A stretch of DNA of 64,000 nucleotides from Mobula hypostoma (GCF_963921235.1 NC_086109.1:29824001-29888000); one strand, 5' to 3'; positions 13,241-28,032 are shown, numbered from the stretch's first letter. Notes: generated by a model not told the origin, from the letters alone. Numbers and translations are program-made.

Positions 13241-14959
13241 TAACAAGTTAAAATTTTATTTACAGTTCTGAAAGATGAAAACCAAAGATGGAGGTTAAGG
13301 GAATCTGAAGAGCCAGAGATTTCTTGTACTTCATAGGATTTCCGTCCCCCTTTCTGGGGGGATTATTGGGAGTTGTAAGGCCCCAGGAGAGAAATTCTTC
13401 CAACAGCTAAAGAGAAGAAGTGATCAGAAGTTGACAAGGAGAAGATGTGTAGGAATGAGATACAGTATTCTTGATTCCAATGAACTCATCAGGACTGTTG
13501 ATGCCATCTTTTCATGTCAGCTTGAAAGGCGCTTGGCGCTGGGAAAAGAATTGGCATTGGTAGATGGGCAAATAAGACAGGAACCAGGGCAGGGAAGCAA
13601 AGGGCAGAGCTGATGAAGGTTCATCGATCCCTACAAATCACCTGACCTGCTATGCATTTCCAGCACTGGAGGATTTTCAGATATCTAGCATGTTGACTTT
13701 GTAAAGCTGGGAATAATTGCACATTACCCACGATTCTGAGGTGCCCCATTGCCCTAATTCCCAAGCTGACTCTATCACAGCAATCTACACATAGACTAAA
13801 AGGGTCGAGTCTAATCCTTTTTAACATTGTACTTTCCAAACAAGTGGTTTCAATGCAAGGCTCAAAAAGGGCATTTTGTACCAGAACAGATCAACAAAGC
13901 AAGTTCACAAGCTTGTATCCTTTTTCGTTCTCCCTCATGAGGTGAGCTTTATTGCAAATCTACGGCGAGGTGTTTGGTGCCACACATTCTTTATGACAGC
14001 AACATAACAAACTGTATTCAGTCTTCATTTTGAGATCTTATTATTTGGCCTCCTTGGTTGAAGGGAAAACAAAGAAAATGGAAACCAATTTCATTCTCAA
14101 CAATTACTTTAAAGACTAATCACAGGGAAAACAGTACAGACATTTGAAAGGAAATGATCCACAGAGATGAAATAAAACTTGGAATTAAAGGGGGCAACTT
14201 AAGAACTTTCTGAAGTACTATTTTCTAGTTGATTACCTTCCTGCTTTATCAGCAATGAACTACTTCCCATTTAACACCCTCCTTCAAATGGTCCTTGGTT
14301 TAGCCTGAGTTTCTGCATTCTACCACAAACATCAGTAATTACCCTCAGATGGATATAACCATGGTACTTTGCATCTACACTCTCAGCTGGAGCGACTCAG
14401 TTCCCTGTGGTTGTCTGCACAGTGTTCTAAATAATTATTGGCATCAATCACTGAAGGCTCACTGATGAACAATTCTATAAACTGAACATGAAACAGTGTC
14501 GAGCTTCTGATGGTAAAATGTAAGTTGCTTTCTTCACCATAGCTAACGCTCTTAATTTGCAAGTCTTTTTCTGTCCGTTTTTGTAAAGCATGTCAAACAT
14601 CCATAATGTTGATATAATCAACGGTCTGAAAAGCTGTGTTCAGGCTCCAAGAGAAATCTCAATGGTTCATAAAATAACAAGAGAAACAACACACACATTA
14701 GAGTAGCTAAAGCCTCTGTCCATGTCTGCAGAGTATGATTTCCCACTATAATATGCCCACAAGTGGAGCCGATAATTAGAAGCGTAGAGCAACTCTGCTC
14801 AGGGACCATGACCTTCCCAGCTTACGTAACAAGTCACACTTAGTGCTCCATTCACAAAAAGATTCAACAGAGCTTGCACTTCTTGTGGCAGTTGGTGACA
14901 TTCCATCTTCCCCGCAACATACTGGTGTAACTCCACACTGAGAGCATTCTTGTAGCAAC

Positions 14960-15540
14960 CATTACATTTCGGTCAGTGCAACATCTTCTCACAATATATG
15001 AAAACTGCTGTGATCAGTCAGACAGCAGAAAGCCCATTGGCTGCAGACAGCTATATCATCACTGCAGGACTTGTATGTGTGGAAAAAGAAGAGGGCAGGG
15101 GATAAAAATAATTGTGGACATTACCCACCCAGCAAACTGCCTTTTCCAAAAGCTCCTTCTTGAAAGCACTATAGGGATATTAAGACAAAAACTTCACATC
15201 ATCTTAAAAGTTTCTTCCCCCAGACTGATAAACCTGATCAACCAGTCAGTTAGCCACATCCCCCTCTATCTATGACCTCAGTCACTGCTCTGCACTATAA
15301 ACACTTTAAAACACTTCTTATTACACTGTTTACATTGTAAATGCATGTTTGTATTTATGTATTTATTCACTTTTTTATTCCATATCTGACCTTTATACTT
15401 TATTTTTAACCAATTCTTTATTCTGTTTATTTATTAAATACTGTCATTTTTTTGTTGCATGTCATGCTAACATACCACAGCAACTGCTTAATGGATATAA
15501 ATATACATGCTGAATAAAGTTGTTACTTGATCCTTGCTCC
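14960..15540 (+). mobile_element. degenerate Rex1/Babar 3' end
   Basis: IIVDITHPANCLFQKL...SSPR.I pattern of the Rex1 C-terminus; AT-rich 3' UTR with aataaag and a short repeat tail. Confidence 0.6.
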
Positions 15541-16702
15541 TTAATCCTTACATTCACTGCTTGGTTACTTGTTATCACAAGTTAGAATGAAGGAAGAAAT
15601 TAGTCGGGTATTTTTAGCTGCAATTAGTTTATGGCCTATTGGCATAAATTAAACCATTTCAATCACTTGATTGAAACCATGACAGCATGGAAGGAGGTAT
15701 ATAATTTTCAGAACATCCTTTTCACATTTCTTGTGACATCAGAAGTAAAGTCATGATGAAGGATCTAGGCCCGAAACAACGACTGTTTATTCATTTCCAT
15801 AACCTGCAGATTTCCTCCAGCATTTTGTCTGCAGAGCCTGTTGTGTAAGTAAACTTTGATGTAATTCATTTTCAAAGAAAGACGTCTATGTTTTCCTTGA
15901 CATATTTACTTAAAAAACTAATGTTTTTGTTTCATTCATAATTTTGCCTTCTTCATTTCTGCATTTCCTCCTTCGTGAAAAATAGAAAATATTAATCCAC
16001 TGGTGGGTTTGAGATCCATGAAACCTCAACTAATTTGTCATTAGGGTAGGAAAATATTAACCATGAAGTCAAATGGAAAGTGGGACAATGCAGGGATGCC
16101 ACAAGTCTAAGTATTATCTGTTCTCATCCAATAACCACACTCATAGCTCTTGCAGGTTTATCAAGGAAACAGAAACATCTTGCTTTGCCATTAAGCTCTG
16201 CTGAAAACACTTTAGTAGTGATAAGACATTAGATCAAAGCAGCTCATTTAGCACAGAGAAGTAAGCAGACCCTGAAATGTCAAAATCCACCCAGTTTCAT
16301 TTTTCACTCTTATCTGGCTAATCTGAGGAATTTCCAAGTCATAATAGATTTGATATAGATCTTTTACATTATTTAAATGTAGCTAATTTCAAACCTTTTA
16401 AAGAAATTACAATTAATTGGGTTCAGTGGAAATGGAGTATTTGTAAAACAACTGCAATCAAAGCTCATGTGAATGAACTCTCCATATTTGACCTGAACCT
16501 AAGCGATGATTAATTCAGCAGACAAACAGTATTGGAAGAATGCATCCCTTATACTGCTTTGATCTCCCTCTTGAAGTCCACAATCCAATTTTATTTATCA
16601 CCCTTTGATGAATCAAGGTAAAACCAGTTAAGAGAAAGGCATACGGCATGGAAACAGGCACTGCCATCCAACTAGTCTATGCAGACTAAGTTTCCCATCT
16701 AT

Positions 16703-17345
16703 ACGATGATTATGAGGACATGCAGTCCCTTTTATTGTCATTTAGTAATGCATGCATTAAGAAATAATAAAAATGTTTTTCCAGAATTATATCACGAAAA
16801 CATATGACAAACCGACTTAAAAACTAACAAAAAACACATAATTATAACATATAGTTACAACAGTGCAAAGCAATACCGTAATTTGATAAGAACAGACCAT
16901 GGCACAGTAAAAGTCTCAGAGTCTCCCAAAGTCCCATCATCTCACGCAGACGGTAAACCCCAGCGCCGCCAACTTGCCGATGCAGCATACTGGAAGCATC
17001 CGACCACAGTCCAACTCCGAGTCCGTCCGAAAAACTCTGAGCCTCCGACCACCTCCCGACACCGACGCACCAAGCACCAACTCTGCCGAGCGTTTTGACC
17101 CCGGCCCCAGTAACAGGCCATACGCAAAGCCGAAGATTTGGGGCCTGCGCCTCCGGAGAGTCTGGATCGCACAGTAGCAGCGGCAGCGAAGCAGGCATTT
17201 CAGAAGTTTCTCCAGATGTTCCTCTGTGCTTTCATGGCTGTCCCCATCAAATCTGGATTGATGCACGGCCCCTAGTTACACATATCGATATTCACTTAGA
17301 ACGGCCGCGCACGCTGCGTCACGCCACCATCTTCTCCTCCCTCCT
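16703..17345 (-). mobile_element. CpG-rich non-autonomous retroelement (LINE-like 5' UTR joined to a LINE-like 3' tail)
   Basis: Minus strand starts ggaggagaagatggtggcg..., is GC/CpG-rich, and ends aataaaagggactgcatgtcctcataatcatc. Inserted inside a CR1 3'-end remnant (16640-16702 / 17346-17389). Confidence 0.6.
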
Positions 17346-17389
17346 GAATAGTCCCTTCTCCCCAAATTTGGCCCATATCCCTCTAAACC

Positions 17390-18760
17390 ACTGGTTCCCA
17401 AATATTTTGGATTGCCGCCTCCTTGGCTCCCAGATCACATCCCTAGCACTCCCCTCTCCCTTTCCAGCCATTATATAAAAACTACAAAGAATTTTGATTT
17501 ACAAAATTCAAGAAAATAGGAACTACAGATTCAAAGCAGTGACAAATAATTGTCAACAAAAAAAACAAATCTTTTAAAGCTACAAATACAATTATTTCTT
17601 TAATTACAGTGAAACAATTTTCATCAATTTTGAGCGTATATTAGTTAATCCAGCTTTACACGACTTCATTGCTTTTTCACCTTTCAGTGAGGTGGATGGG
17701 GTTGGTGTTGTGATACCAGCTTCTCAACATCAGGCTGAAAGTCACTCAGAAGGAGTCACAGATTCTCCACGTTTAGTAACTTGCAGTCTGTTTTGTTGCT
17801 TAGAAAGAGGTTTGGTAACTGCACTGAAACCATGCTCCATGAAATATGATGCTGGAAAAGCAATAAGGAACATCTTGACCATTTTCCGCAGTGCAAGATA
17901 GCATTCAGAGATTTCTTTCTGCAACCAAAAGTCATGATACGATTTTCTGTACCTCAGCTTCAGCTCAGCTTTTGTAACAAGATCAGTTCTTCCTCCATTC
18001 TTCCTGTTAATTTCTCATTACAAGTGTTCAGCAATGGATTTATTACTCAATCTGGAATTTGGATTGGGAGAAGATCCTGAAATCTCTCTGACATGTCTTT
18101 ATGCAGCTTACCCAGGTGGGCACAGTATTCTTGAACACCATCATCGGATATTCTTTCTTTCTCTTCCAACTCAGAGAGGCTCAGAAATTGGAAAAGGCAG
18201 TGGCAGCCAATGTTGCACTTAAATAGGGTTAACTTGGACAGAAATATGGAGACAACTGATTCGACTTTTATAAGATTTACATCATTTCTTTCCAATTGAA
18301 GACTGACTTCATAAAACTTTACAAATAATTAGTGAGGAGAATGGTCTTCTGTTTGAAAAATCGCTCAACAACATGAAATATTGACTTTCCCTTCGTATTT
18401 GTTTTTAGTCCCTTTGCAAATGAGAACACTTGAACCATGCTTTAATGTTTTATGAGGCAAACATAACCAGCAGGAAAAATTCATTGCATGACAAAGTTGA
18501 CTTATCCAACTGCAAAGCAAATTCTGTTGTCCTAAGAATGTTACAAAATGTGTCTTCCATATTTTCAGACATCATCTATTCGTCTTTGAACAGATTTGTT
18601 GCTGAGCAGAATCGCTTTAATTATTTGGTCCAGTGACTGCAGAATTGCATTCAGAACCACATTATTGCTGCGGATCAGTTCTTCTCCAATTGTATAGCAG
18701 CTCTTGTTTAGCTACTCATTCCGTAAAACTCCATTGTGTTCCCTGACTGAGATTCCACAT
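17390..18760 (-). mobile_element. decayed hAT (Charlie/Buster-type) DNA transposon
   Basis: TIR-like cactggttccca at 17390; YTIGEELI near 18690; C-terminal dimerisation block FLIAFPASYFMEHGFSAV...NRLQVTKRG...HQPHPPH*. Confidence 0.82.
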
Positions 18761-19784
18761 AATGTCGGATTAACATATCAAAGAAATAGAGGGGAAAAAA
18801 AGACAAATTCTTCTTGATGGAATTGATTTCCAAACCCTAACTTAAATATTGAAGTCCAGCTAAGTCTTATCTAATTGGCCTTCCACAGCTTACAAAGGTC
18901 TAACACAATGAATTAATGTCTGCTATTCACAAGGCTGCCTTTTGGATAATTTATTTGCTTTTGGGACAGGAACAATCTTACAACACTATTCAAGACCATT
19001 AGCAGCCATACACTTTGTGTAATTTGTAGATCCTTGACTCAGTGGTGCCATAAACATTTCAAGAATACTAATATTTCATGGAATCAACTGAGCAAGGAAG
19101 GAAATGAATCGTTCATTGTTTCTCGTTCCTGGTGCTTAAGCATAAGGCCACATACTGGTGCTGTTAAAAATTAATGCATGTTCTCAGTCAGCACATCACC
19201 TCTGAATCATAAAATTAGAAACTGCAACTGCCAAGCAGCAGCTGGACAACATTGATTCATCAGCCTCAATTTTAATTCCTAGCAACTTGATTTCAAAGAT
19301 ATACAAGCAAGATATGTAATAACTTCAAACCACTCTGCACAAAAGCAATCATCTATACCTTCAATAAAATTCCTTTTTAAATTGATTTATTTATTTTCTG
19401 AATCTGGACATCATTGGCAAGTCCAAAAATCATCACTCATACTTAATGGATCAAAGGAAGCAAAAAAAAACAACTGGACCCAGGGATCCTTATGTGATGG
19501 TCAGCTAATTTTAACTGGACTAACCATGGGGAGATACTAGACAGAGCAGTAATCAGAAAGATTGTCACTTCATCTACCTATGAATGATTTCGAGCTGTGA
19601 TGATAGATCAGTGAAAGAACCCAATATGCTGCAATCTTCATATTGGTGATTCGAGGCATTTGTTTTGTTCAAAAATAAGTTGATGAATGATAATGCAGTT
19701 TGGATTTTACATTAAGATCAGAACATATGCTGTAGAAGTCCCTCTTTTTTATCTTTCTACTGTGAACATAACACAGAGAGTCAT

Positions 19785-20454
19785 TGTTTCCATCCAGGGG
19801 GTCAGTGTGGACATGGTGGAGGATTACAAATACCTCGGGATACGAGTTGACAATAAACTGGACTGGTCAAAGAACACTGAGGCTGTCTACAAGAAGGGTC
19901 AGAGCCATCTCTCTTTCCTGAGGAGACTGAGGTCCTTTAAGATCTGCCACATGATGCTGAGGATGTTCTACGAATCTGTGGTGGCCAGTGCTATCATGTT
20001 TGCTGTTGTGTGCTGGGGCAGCAAGCTGAGGGTAGCAGACACCAGCAGAATCAACAAACTCATTCGTAAGGCCAGTGATGTTGTGGGGATGGAACTGGAC
20101 TCTCTCACGGTGGTGTCTGAAAAGAGGATGCTGTCCAAGTTGCATGCCATCTTGGACAATGTCTCCCATCCACTACATAATGTATTGGGTGGGCACAGGA
20201 GTACATTCAGCCAGAGACTCATTCCACCGAGATGCAGCACAGAGCGTCACAGGAAGTCATCAAACTTTACAACTCCTCCCTTGGAGGGTCAGACACCCTG
20301 AGCCAATAGGCTGGTCCTGGACTTATTTCCTGGCATAATTTACATGTTATTATTTAATTATTTATGGTTTTATTACTGTTTAATTATTTATGGTGCAACT
20401 GTAGCGAAAACCAATTTCCCCCGGGATCAATAAAGTATGACTATGACTATGACT
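19785..20454 (+). mobile_element. Rex1/Babar LINE, 5'-truncated 3' portion
   Basis: VEDYKYLGIRVDNKLDWSKNT...FLRRLRSF...DNVSHPLH; aataaag then (atgact)3 tail. Confidence 0.92.
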
Positions 20455-21935
20455 GTTGTAGTGGCTAATTCTAACCAAATCAATTGCCGCTGGTGGCAAC
20501 CACCACTGATGTCATACTTGTATGATGCGACCTCAGCTCCAATAAAGTAAAGATATGTATTCGATCCTTTAGTAGCAATTAGCAAACATACAAGCTTGAA
20601 ACAATGAAACTTAAGTATACCTAAGTGTAAGTTAAGCATAATTCAGCGTTAAGTCAGCGGTCGACAAGAGATACAGAATGACATCTGTCAGCCCCCAGCT
20701 GAAAACTGCCCAGAACAAAGCACGAACAGATAACTTATTTCCTTCGCTTTTACCACGCCACCACTCATGTGACTAGTTACCATAATAAAAATGCAACACA
20801 GAATATAATGCAGATAGAAAACAGATACATGGCTCCTACCGGTCACCCAGCAAACTGTACAGAACAGAGGTCATCAAGCAGAAAAGCAAAGACGAGTGAG
20901 AAAAGACATCATGAGGGAGGAGCTTTCAAGGTGTTTTTGAAAAACAAAATAATAATGTGGTGTTACTGATGTAAAAATTCCTTCAGCAGGGACACAGAGA
21001 AAAATGAAAAACCACCTGTCATGGAACTTATGAAGCAAGAAATCCGAGAAAGGTGCGAAATAGACAATTCTACAGATCAGCACAATTAGACCCAATGTTG
21101 ATTACAACTAGAGTAAGTCATGTTAGTGTCAATTTTGGCTGAATATTAACAATCACAAAACTGCACCATACTTTAATTTGTGATCCTTACAGGTGCATCT
21201 GACCTTATCACAGTATGACATGCATCTAAACACTTCACACCTTATCTGCTTATCCTAACGTAAACTGGATTAATAAATCAGAATACAACAACTTTCTCTG
21301 AAAACTACCCTTCAATTCTAAGATGTTAATTTCAGCAATGATCAAGGAGGTGGGACTTGGCAATATTATTTCACCGCTATAAGCTGGGGTTAAGTAAATA
21401 CCAATAGGAGAGAAGTTCTCTTTATTTTCTTTTTGTCTCTCATGGTTCAGGCATTAATGTTAATGAAGTGGCATAGGTTTGGTTCGTTGTTCAATTGCGT
21501 GATTCTACCAAAACAAGCATACCATCAAAAGCATACCACAAGCTCCCCTCACTTTATTGGACAATTGTGATGTTTAGGACAGACATGTGAAATATTGATA
21601 CAGCATATTTGATAAAACGTTGACAGCATTGTTGAGAGATATTGAATAAAAATATAAGGGATGGACTACATTACAGGAATTAAGAATAATTGAAAGATTT
21701 CAATAGATATTTCATTTGTTTTAACATGTGCAGTTCAGACAGCACATAGCAAATCAGACATACTATAGATCCAAAGCATTTGTATGCAGCCATAGTGTGA
21801 TACCCACAATTTAGTAATGTTCCTGCTTGGAACTCCCAAACCCAAACCTGTTTTTCTAGAACTGATTAATTTCCAGATACTGATTGAATTTCGACTGAAG
21901 TTCACCAGTGCATTGATCATAGCTTTGATGGTGTA

Positions 21936-23890
21936 ATCATCATCATCATCATCATCATGATCATCAGGTGCCATGCCCAGTTTGAGCTTTGACTGCCATG
22001 GCCCACACACTCCTGTTTCGGGTCAAGTGGATCGATTAATTGGTATTCATTTCCCGTTCTCTGGCTGCTGTCTCCATCATCATTCGTCTTTGTCTTCCTC
22101 TTGCTTTCTTCCCTTCAATCTTTCCCATAATTACCATGCATTCTGACTCCTCTTTCATAATCATATGTCCAATGAAGTTACGTTGCCTTTTCATGATCTC
22201 ATACATTATTTCTCTTTTTGAGTTTACTCTGTTCATGGCATCCTCATTAGATATTCGTTTCCTCCATGATATTCTTCGCATCCTCCTCAAAAACCACATC
22301 TCTGCTGCTACAATTCATTTCCTTATGTTACTAGATATGGAACAACGTTCTGAGTCAGATAACATTACTGGATAAAAGTAACATTTCAGTACTCTGAGGC
22401 GGGTTGTCATGCCTAGTTTGGCATTGGTCAGTACACTCTTTATTCTCGTAAAGGTGTCTTTTGCCATCCCTATTCTTCTTAAGTGTCCAAGTTGCACTTG
22501 CCATCTGATGTCACCTAGCTCCCTAAGTAGCAAAAGTTCTGTACTTGTTTTATGTCTTCCCCATTTATTCTCAGCCTGCAGATAGGATTCTCCTTCTTTT
22601 TGGATATCACCATACATGCTATCCTTTTGCAATTGATAGATAGACCCATTTTTGCACTTTCTTCAACAATTATATCAATTAAGTTTTGTAGTTCTTCGTC
22701 CGTACTTGCAATTAACACAGTATCATCTGCATATCTGAAATTATTGATGTTTTCACTGCCAACTTTGATTCCCAAGATGTCTCGTATTTATTGTATTATT
22801 GTCTCACTGTACACATTAAATAAATCAGGGGAGAAAACATACCCTTGTCTAAGTCCACTCTTGATTTTTGTAAACTGACTCACATCTCCATCTATTCTTA
22901 TAGCGGCAGTTTGCTCCCAGTACAGATTTCTGATTAGGCAGAGGTCTTTCAAATCTAGATCTAGAGTTTTCTGTAACATTTCAAATAACTTATTGTGCTT
23001 CACTTTATCAAATGCTTTTGTGTAGTCAATACAACAAACAAACAAATCTTTTTGCACTTGAATAGCTCGTTCTGATAGTATCCTTAACATCAATATTGCG
23101 TTTCTTGTACTTTTGTCTTTCACAAAACCACTTTATTCTTTGCCTGTTTCAGCTTGTATCTTACTTTTAGCTCTTGTCATCAAAATTCTTAGAAGTATCT
23201 TGGTGATATGACTCATTAAACTTATGTTCCTATGTAATTCACATTCTATTGCTCCAGCTTTTTTAGGAAGAGTGATAAATACTGATTTTTTTTCATCTCT
23301 TCTGGTATTATTCCAGTCTCATAAATGTCATTGATTAAATCAGGAAGTTTTTCAATTCCATAATCTTCAAGGGCAATAATTTGTTCTATTGCTAATTCAT
23401 CAGGACCTGCTGCCTTTCCTTTCTTCATCTTATTTATTGCATTACGAACTTCAGATTTTAAAATACTTGGACCTTCAATGTTTTTCTTGATTTCTGGTTT
23501 TTCGCCTCGATCGTCTTCAAACAATTCCTGAATATACTCAGTCCATCTGTTCATAATCTCATCTTTTTCCATGATAATGGTACCGTCCTTTGCTTTCAAA
23601 CATCCACCTGAAGAACAGAGGAGCTTTTTACCAGTGATATTCTTGATTTGTTGATGTAACCTTTTTGGATCAGTAATAGGGATTCTTTCTATTTGTTCAC
23701 ATTCCTGGTTTAATCATTCTTCTTTGGCTTTTTGACATATGCTTTTAACTTTTTTATCTAAGGATTTATATTCTATAGAATTTGCTTTCTTCCGTCAGAT
23801 TTTTCATTTCATCTGTCATCCATTTATTCTTGAGCTTTTATCTTTTTTAGGAATCACTGGCTTTGCTGATTCTACCAAGGCATCCTTTGA
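21936..23890 (-). mobile_element. RTE-clade LINE, 5'-truncated, frameshifted ORF2
   Basis: KGKAAGPDE, STRNAILMLR, IDYTKAFDKV.H, GLRQGYVFSPDLFNVYSE, NFRYADDTVL, FCYLGS, MWFLRRMRRISW, GKIEGKKARGRQR; (gat)n tail at 21936-21965. Confidence 0.95.
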
Positions 23891-23919
23891 TGGCAAGCCC
23901 ATAGAAATCAAGAGACAAC

Positions 23920-24273
23920 AGTCTTGTAAGGTGTTTCTCTGTGATGTTTGCAAAGCCTCTCACCAGAGGGCATGCATTTAAGGTGATGGGGGAGTGGTAA
24001 TTTCAAAGGAGATATGAGAGGCAAGTTTTTTTACACAGAGAGTGGTGAGTGCCTGGAAGGAACTGCCTGGTGTGGTGGTAGAGGCAGATACATTAGAGAC
24101 TCTTATGAGATATATAGATAGGAACATCAATGTGAGGGAATTGGAAGGATATAGACAGTGTGTAGGCAGAGGGGATTAGTTTAGTTGGCCATTTGATTAC
24201 TAATTTAATTGGTTCAGCACAACATTGTGGGCTGAAGGGCCTGTTCTGGTGCTGTACTGTTCTATGTTCTATG
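23920..24273 (+). mobile_element. CR1 3' end
   Basis: TRGHAFKV, FFTQRVVSAWKELP, 3' UTR with gttctatgttctatg tail. Confidence 0.8.
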
Positions 24274-25094
24274 ATGTCACAGCAGGCAACTGGGATAATG
24301 CTTGGAAAATTAAGGTCACATGTCTGTTACTTCAGATCAAATGCAAGTTCTGGGGTCTTATGTGTTTTGAGGGGGAGATGGGATGGTGGTGGCGAGGATA
24401 GCTGGACTCCGTCTCTTCTCTCTCATCAATAATCATTAAGAACTTGTGTGTTTATGTGCAGTATGCTGCAAAAGCTATCGTATTTAAATTCCTGCCTGCC
24501 TCTGCAGCTGTGCACTTAAAGCAGATGTCTGGAAAGTGATTAAAGGTTGAAGCTCTATCTGATTTGGTAACTGCCTCCCATCCCTCCTACTCCCATTTCT
24601 GGAAGGACTAAATTTCTTAGTGCCTCAGTATCTTCGTAGCTGAGGCTATGTGACATGGTTTAGGCCAGTAAATGAATTTGGATTTTTATGTGATTCATGT
24701 GCCAGTGCCATGTTTAAGGCAACCTGTTGATGTGTCAGAGTCTTTCTGTGGTCCCAGAAAGATTGTCAGTAATTCCTTTAGGTATCAGCAGCAGTTATCA
24801 TTCCACCTTCCCCAGCCCTCGATCTTGCACCAGTACCAACTAATTTTCTTTCAGTTTGCTTTTAACATTTTATTTTAAAAAATGAGTACAATGAATATAA
24901 CCAGGAGTAGGTCAGGCAATTCTTTAGCCTACTCCACCACTCAATGTCATATCTGACAGCACTTTCCTGCTTAATTTCCATGTCCAAAAACTTCAGGGCA
25001 GCAAGCTTAATGATTCACAAAACTCCAGGCAAAGGTATTTCTCTCCAACTTAATAAATAAGTCCTCTTCTGAGTATATGCCCCCCAATTCAAGT

Positions 25095-25310
25095 TACAAC
25101 ACGCGCAAATGCTGGAGGAATTTAGCAGTTCAAGCAGCATCTATGGAAGTGAATAAACAGTCGACATTTCAAGCTGAGGTGCTTTGTCAGGACTGATGAA
25201 AGGTCTGGGCCCGATCTTTTGCATGGATGTTACCTGACCTGCTGAATTCCTCCAGTATTTTGCGTACGTTGCTCTGGATTCCCAGCATCTCTAGAATCTC
25301 TTGTGTTTCC
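25095..25310. mobile_element. Penelope-derived palindromic terminal element
   Basis: aaatgctggaggaatttagcag...gcagcatctatgga / catggatgttacctgacctgctgaattcctccagtatttt arms; ctgatgaa core at 25193. Confidence 0.75.
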
Positions 25311-26019
25311 AGTTATAATAGACAACTTTCTGTTTTCTACCATGTCAAAATAATTCAAGAATCACTTTGAAAGACTCAGTGGGTGGCTGAATTACAAATA
25401 CAAATGGAAATCCTAATGATACTTTCTTTTCCCTAGCCTGGAGTTCTGGCCTTCAGCAGCACCTTCTGCATTACCTGCTCAAGCTGAAGTTATCTAACTC
25501 AAACTATTGATCCTATTCTAACCCCGAGATGGAACCACCATTCAGATCTCTATATTTACCACATAGTTCATTCAGTTCCAGCTCTGTTGTTGCATATCTC
25601 CACTGGAGTTCAAAATACTGGCAGCAGAGTGCAGTATAGCACCAATGTTACAAGCAGCTGAAGCTCTAGCGTTTAAGGTGTTTTGACAGATTATAATTTG
25701 TACACCTTGGGGACTCTCTTGCAATGTGCATAATAAATGCAGTTATGAGCTTGTTTTACCTGGACTTCTGAAATTGAAAATGCTTACTGAATGCAAAATT
25801 TAGGTTAAAAGAACGAATAGTGCATCCTATTTTGTAAAAGCTACCTCATGCATAACACCAGACCAAAAGGAACTCAGAGGTGGTGTTGTCCCCAAGCTTT
25901 TTGTTTGCCTACAGTTCATTGGTTTAGGACATTTTGCTCGAGAAATTTTAATGAATCTCTGGCGCATCTTTTGGATGGCACTATATCCTTTGCAAATGTG
26001 GTTGGCAGCAACGAAGTGA

Positions 26020-26860
26020 AGTGCACACAAAATATTGGAGGAACTCCACATGTCAGACAGCATCGATGAAAATGATGGTTCAGCCTGAGACCTGAGACCT
26101 GAGACCTGAGACCTTGCTTCAGGACTGGAAAGGAAGGGGAAATATGCCAGAATAAAATGGTGGGGGGGCGGTGAGGGGAACAAGGACGAGCGAGAAAGTG
26201 ATTGGTGAAGCCAGGTGAGTGAGAAAGGTAAAGGTCTAGAGGAGAAGGAATCTGATAAAAAATCTGATGGACCATAGGAGTAAAGAAAGAAGGAGGGGAA
26301 TGAGGAGGAGACGATAGGCTGGTGAAGGGGAGAGGTAACAGGCTAGAGTGCGGAATAGAAGAAGGGAGAAGTGGGAGGGAAGTTTTGTTACCTGCTGTTG
26401 GAATTTTAAGGAATTTCTGTCAACTTTTCTGGTATCACAGAAAGATCTGCCCTGACACAACAACAGATTGCCTTAAACATGGCACTGACCCATGCATTGC
26501 ACGAAAATCCAAATACATTTTCTGGCCTAAATCATGTCTCGTAGCCTCAGCTCTGAAGATAATGAGGCACCAAGAAAATCAGTCCTTCTAGAAACAGGAG
26601 TAGGAAGGATGGGAGGCAGTTAACAAATCAGACAGAGCTTCAACCTTTAATCACCTTCTAGGCATCTGCTTTATGTGCACAGCTGCAGGGACTTCAATGT
26701 TCATGCCATCAGATTGGAGACTAACTAGACAGAACATGAGGTGTTGCTCCTCCACACTGAGTGGCCTCATCGTGGCAAAAGAGGAGGCCAAAGACCGACA
26801 TGTCAAAATCGGAATGGGGATACAAATTAAAATGGCTGGCCACAGGGAAATTTCAGGAGA
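26020..26860 (-). mobile_element. Penelope-like element 3' remnants (GIY-YIG end and terminal repeat), interrupted
   Basis: 26690-26830 minus: EEQHLMFCLVSLQSDGMNIE (GIY-YIG C-terminus); 26020-26400 is a purine-rich 3' region plus terminus. Confidence 0.65.
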
Positions 26861-28032
26861 TATTGTTTTAGTTGGTGACTGAGGTATAGGTGTAGCTTTC
26901 TCCTGACTATGGTCACAACGGAGATTGAAATCTGAATCAGCAATGTCCATGAAAATGAGTGCAGAACATGAAAATGATTATGACTAAGCCATCAGTGTCT
27001 GAACTGGAACACCAGTTTGGGTAACACTTTGCTCCTTATTGAACTGTGATTTAAAATAAAGGTCTCGACCCAAAACGTAGGCTGTTTATTCCCCTCCATA
27101 GGTGCTGCCTGACTTGCTGAGTTCCTTTCACATTTTGTGTGTGCTGCTCAAGATTCCAGCACGTGCAAAATCTCTTTGTTAAAAATGAAGCTGATCGGTT
27201 TCTACCTCTATATTTGTGTAAGAATAGCTACCTTCTGTGATGATGACTACATCACAAGTGCAAAGCAGAATGGAAGTAAAACTGTTTCAGGGTCAACAAA
27301 TGGACAGAAGGGCCTGAACTAGTTTCACAGTGGGCAAGTCTCCCACCAGAAGTGTGAACTGTAAAACAATTGTGCTAATCACTCCAATTCTTTGATGTCA
27401 GAAATTTAAACCTCTTCATTTTTAATAAGATTTTAAATTCAAATGGATAATAATCAATCTGACACTGCCTCATTACAGAACTGATGGGTCACAGGCAGAT
27501 CTCATTTTAAGTCCTTCCATCAGCCTCTGTTTTATAGTTCCCTGCATGCCTGCTCCTTGACTTTAATTCAATCAAATTTTTTTGTGCTACTTCAACCAGC
27601 ACCTCATTTCTCTAGTGTTTTATAGCTTTAGAAGATCATTGGTTTGATTCATAAAGCATAAGAGAGTACACTCGACTGTTAAAGCTCCCCTGTCATATAT
27701 CAATATCCCATGAGGATATCTTCAGCCAGGCCTGACCATAGCATTCAGGATACTATAATCAGATGAATTACTAATAAGTCTTGAAATGCTAAGAATGTTT
27801 CCTCATGACCTTGTTGTTCATAATTTCAGGAGTTTGTAACTTGATTACCTCATTAATTTTCAAGTCACTCTCTTGTGTTCTTCTCAACTTTTGAGGAATC
27901 ATTACAGACACATTTTATGCTAATGAAGCTGTGAGTCTTCTGACACAAGAGACTGCAGATGTCGGAATCTGGAGAAACATACAAAGTGCCAGAGGAACTC
28001 TGAGGTCAGGTCGTATCTATGGAGGGAAATGG

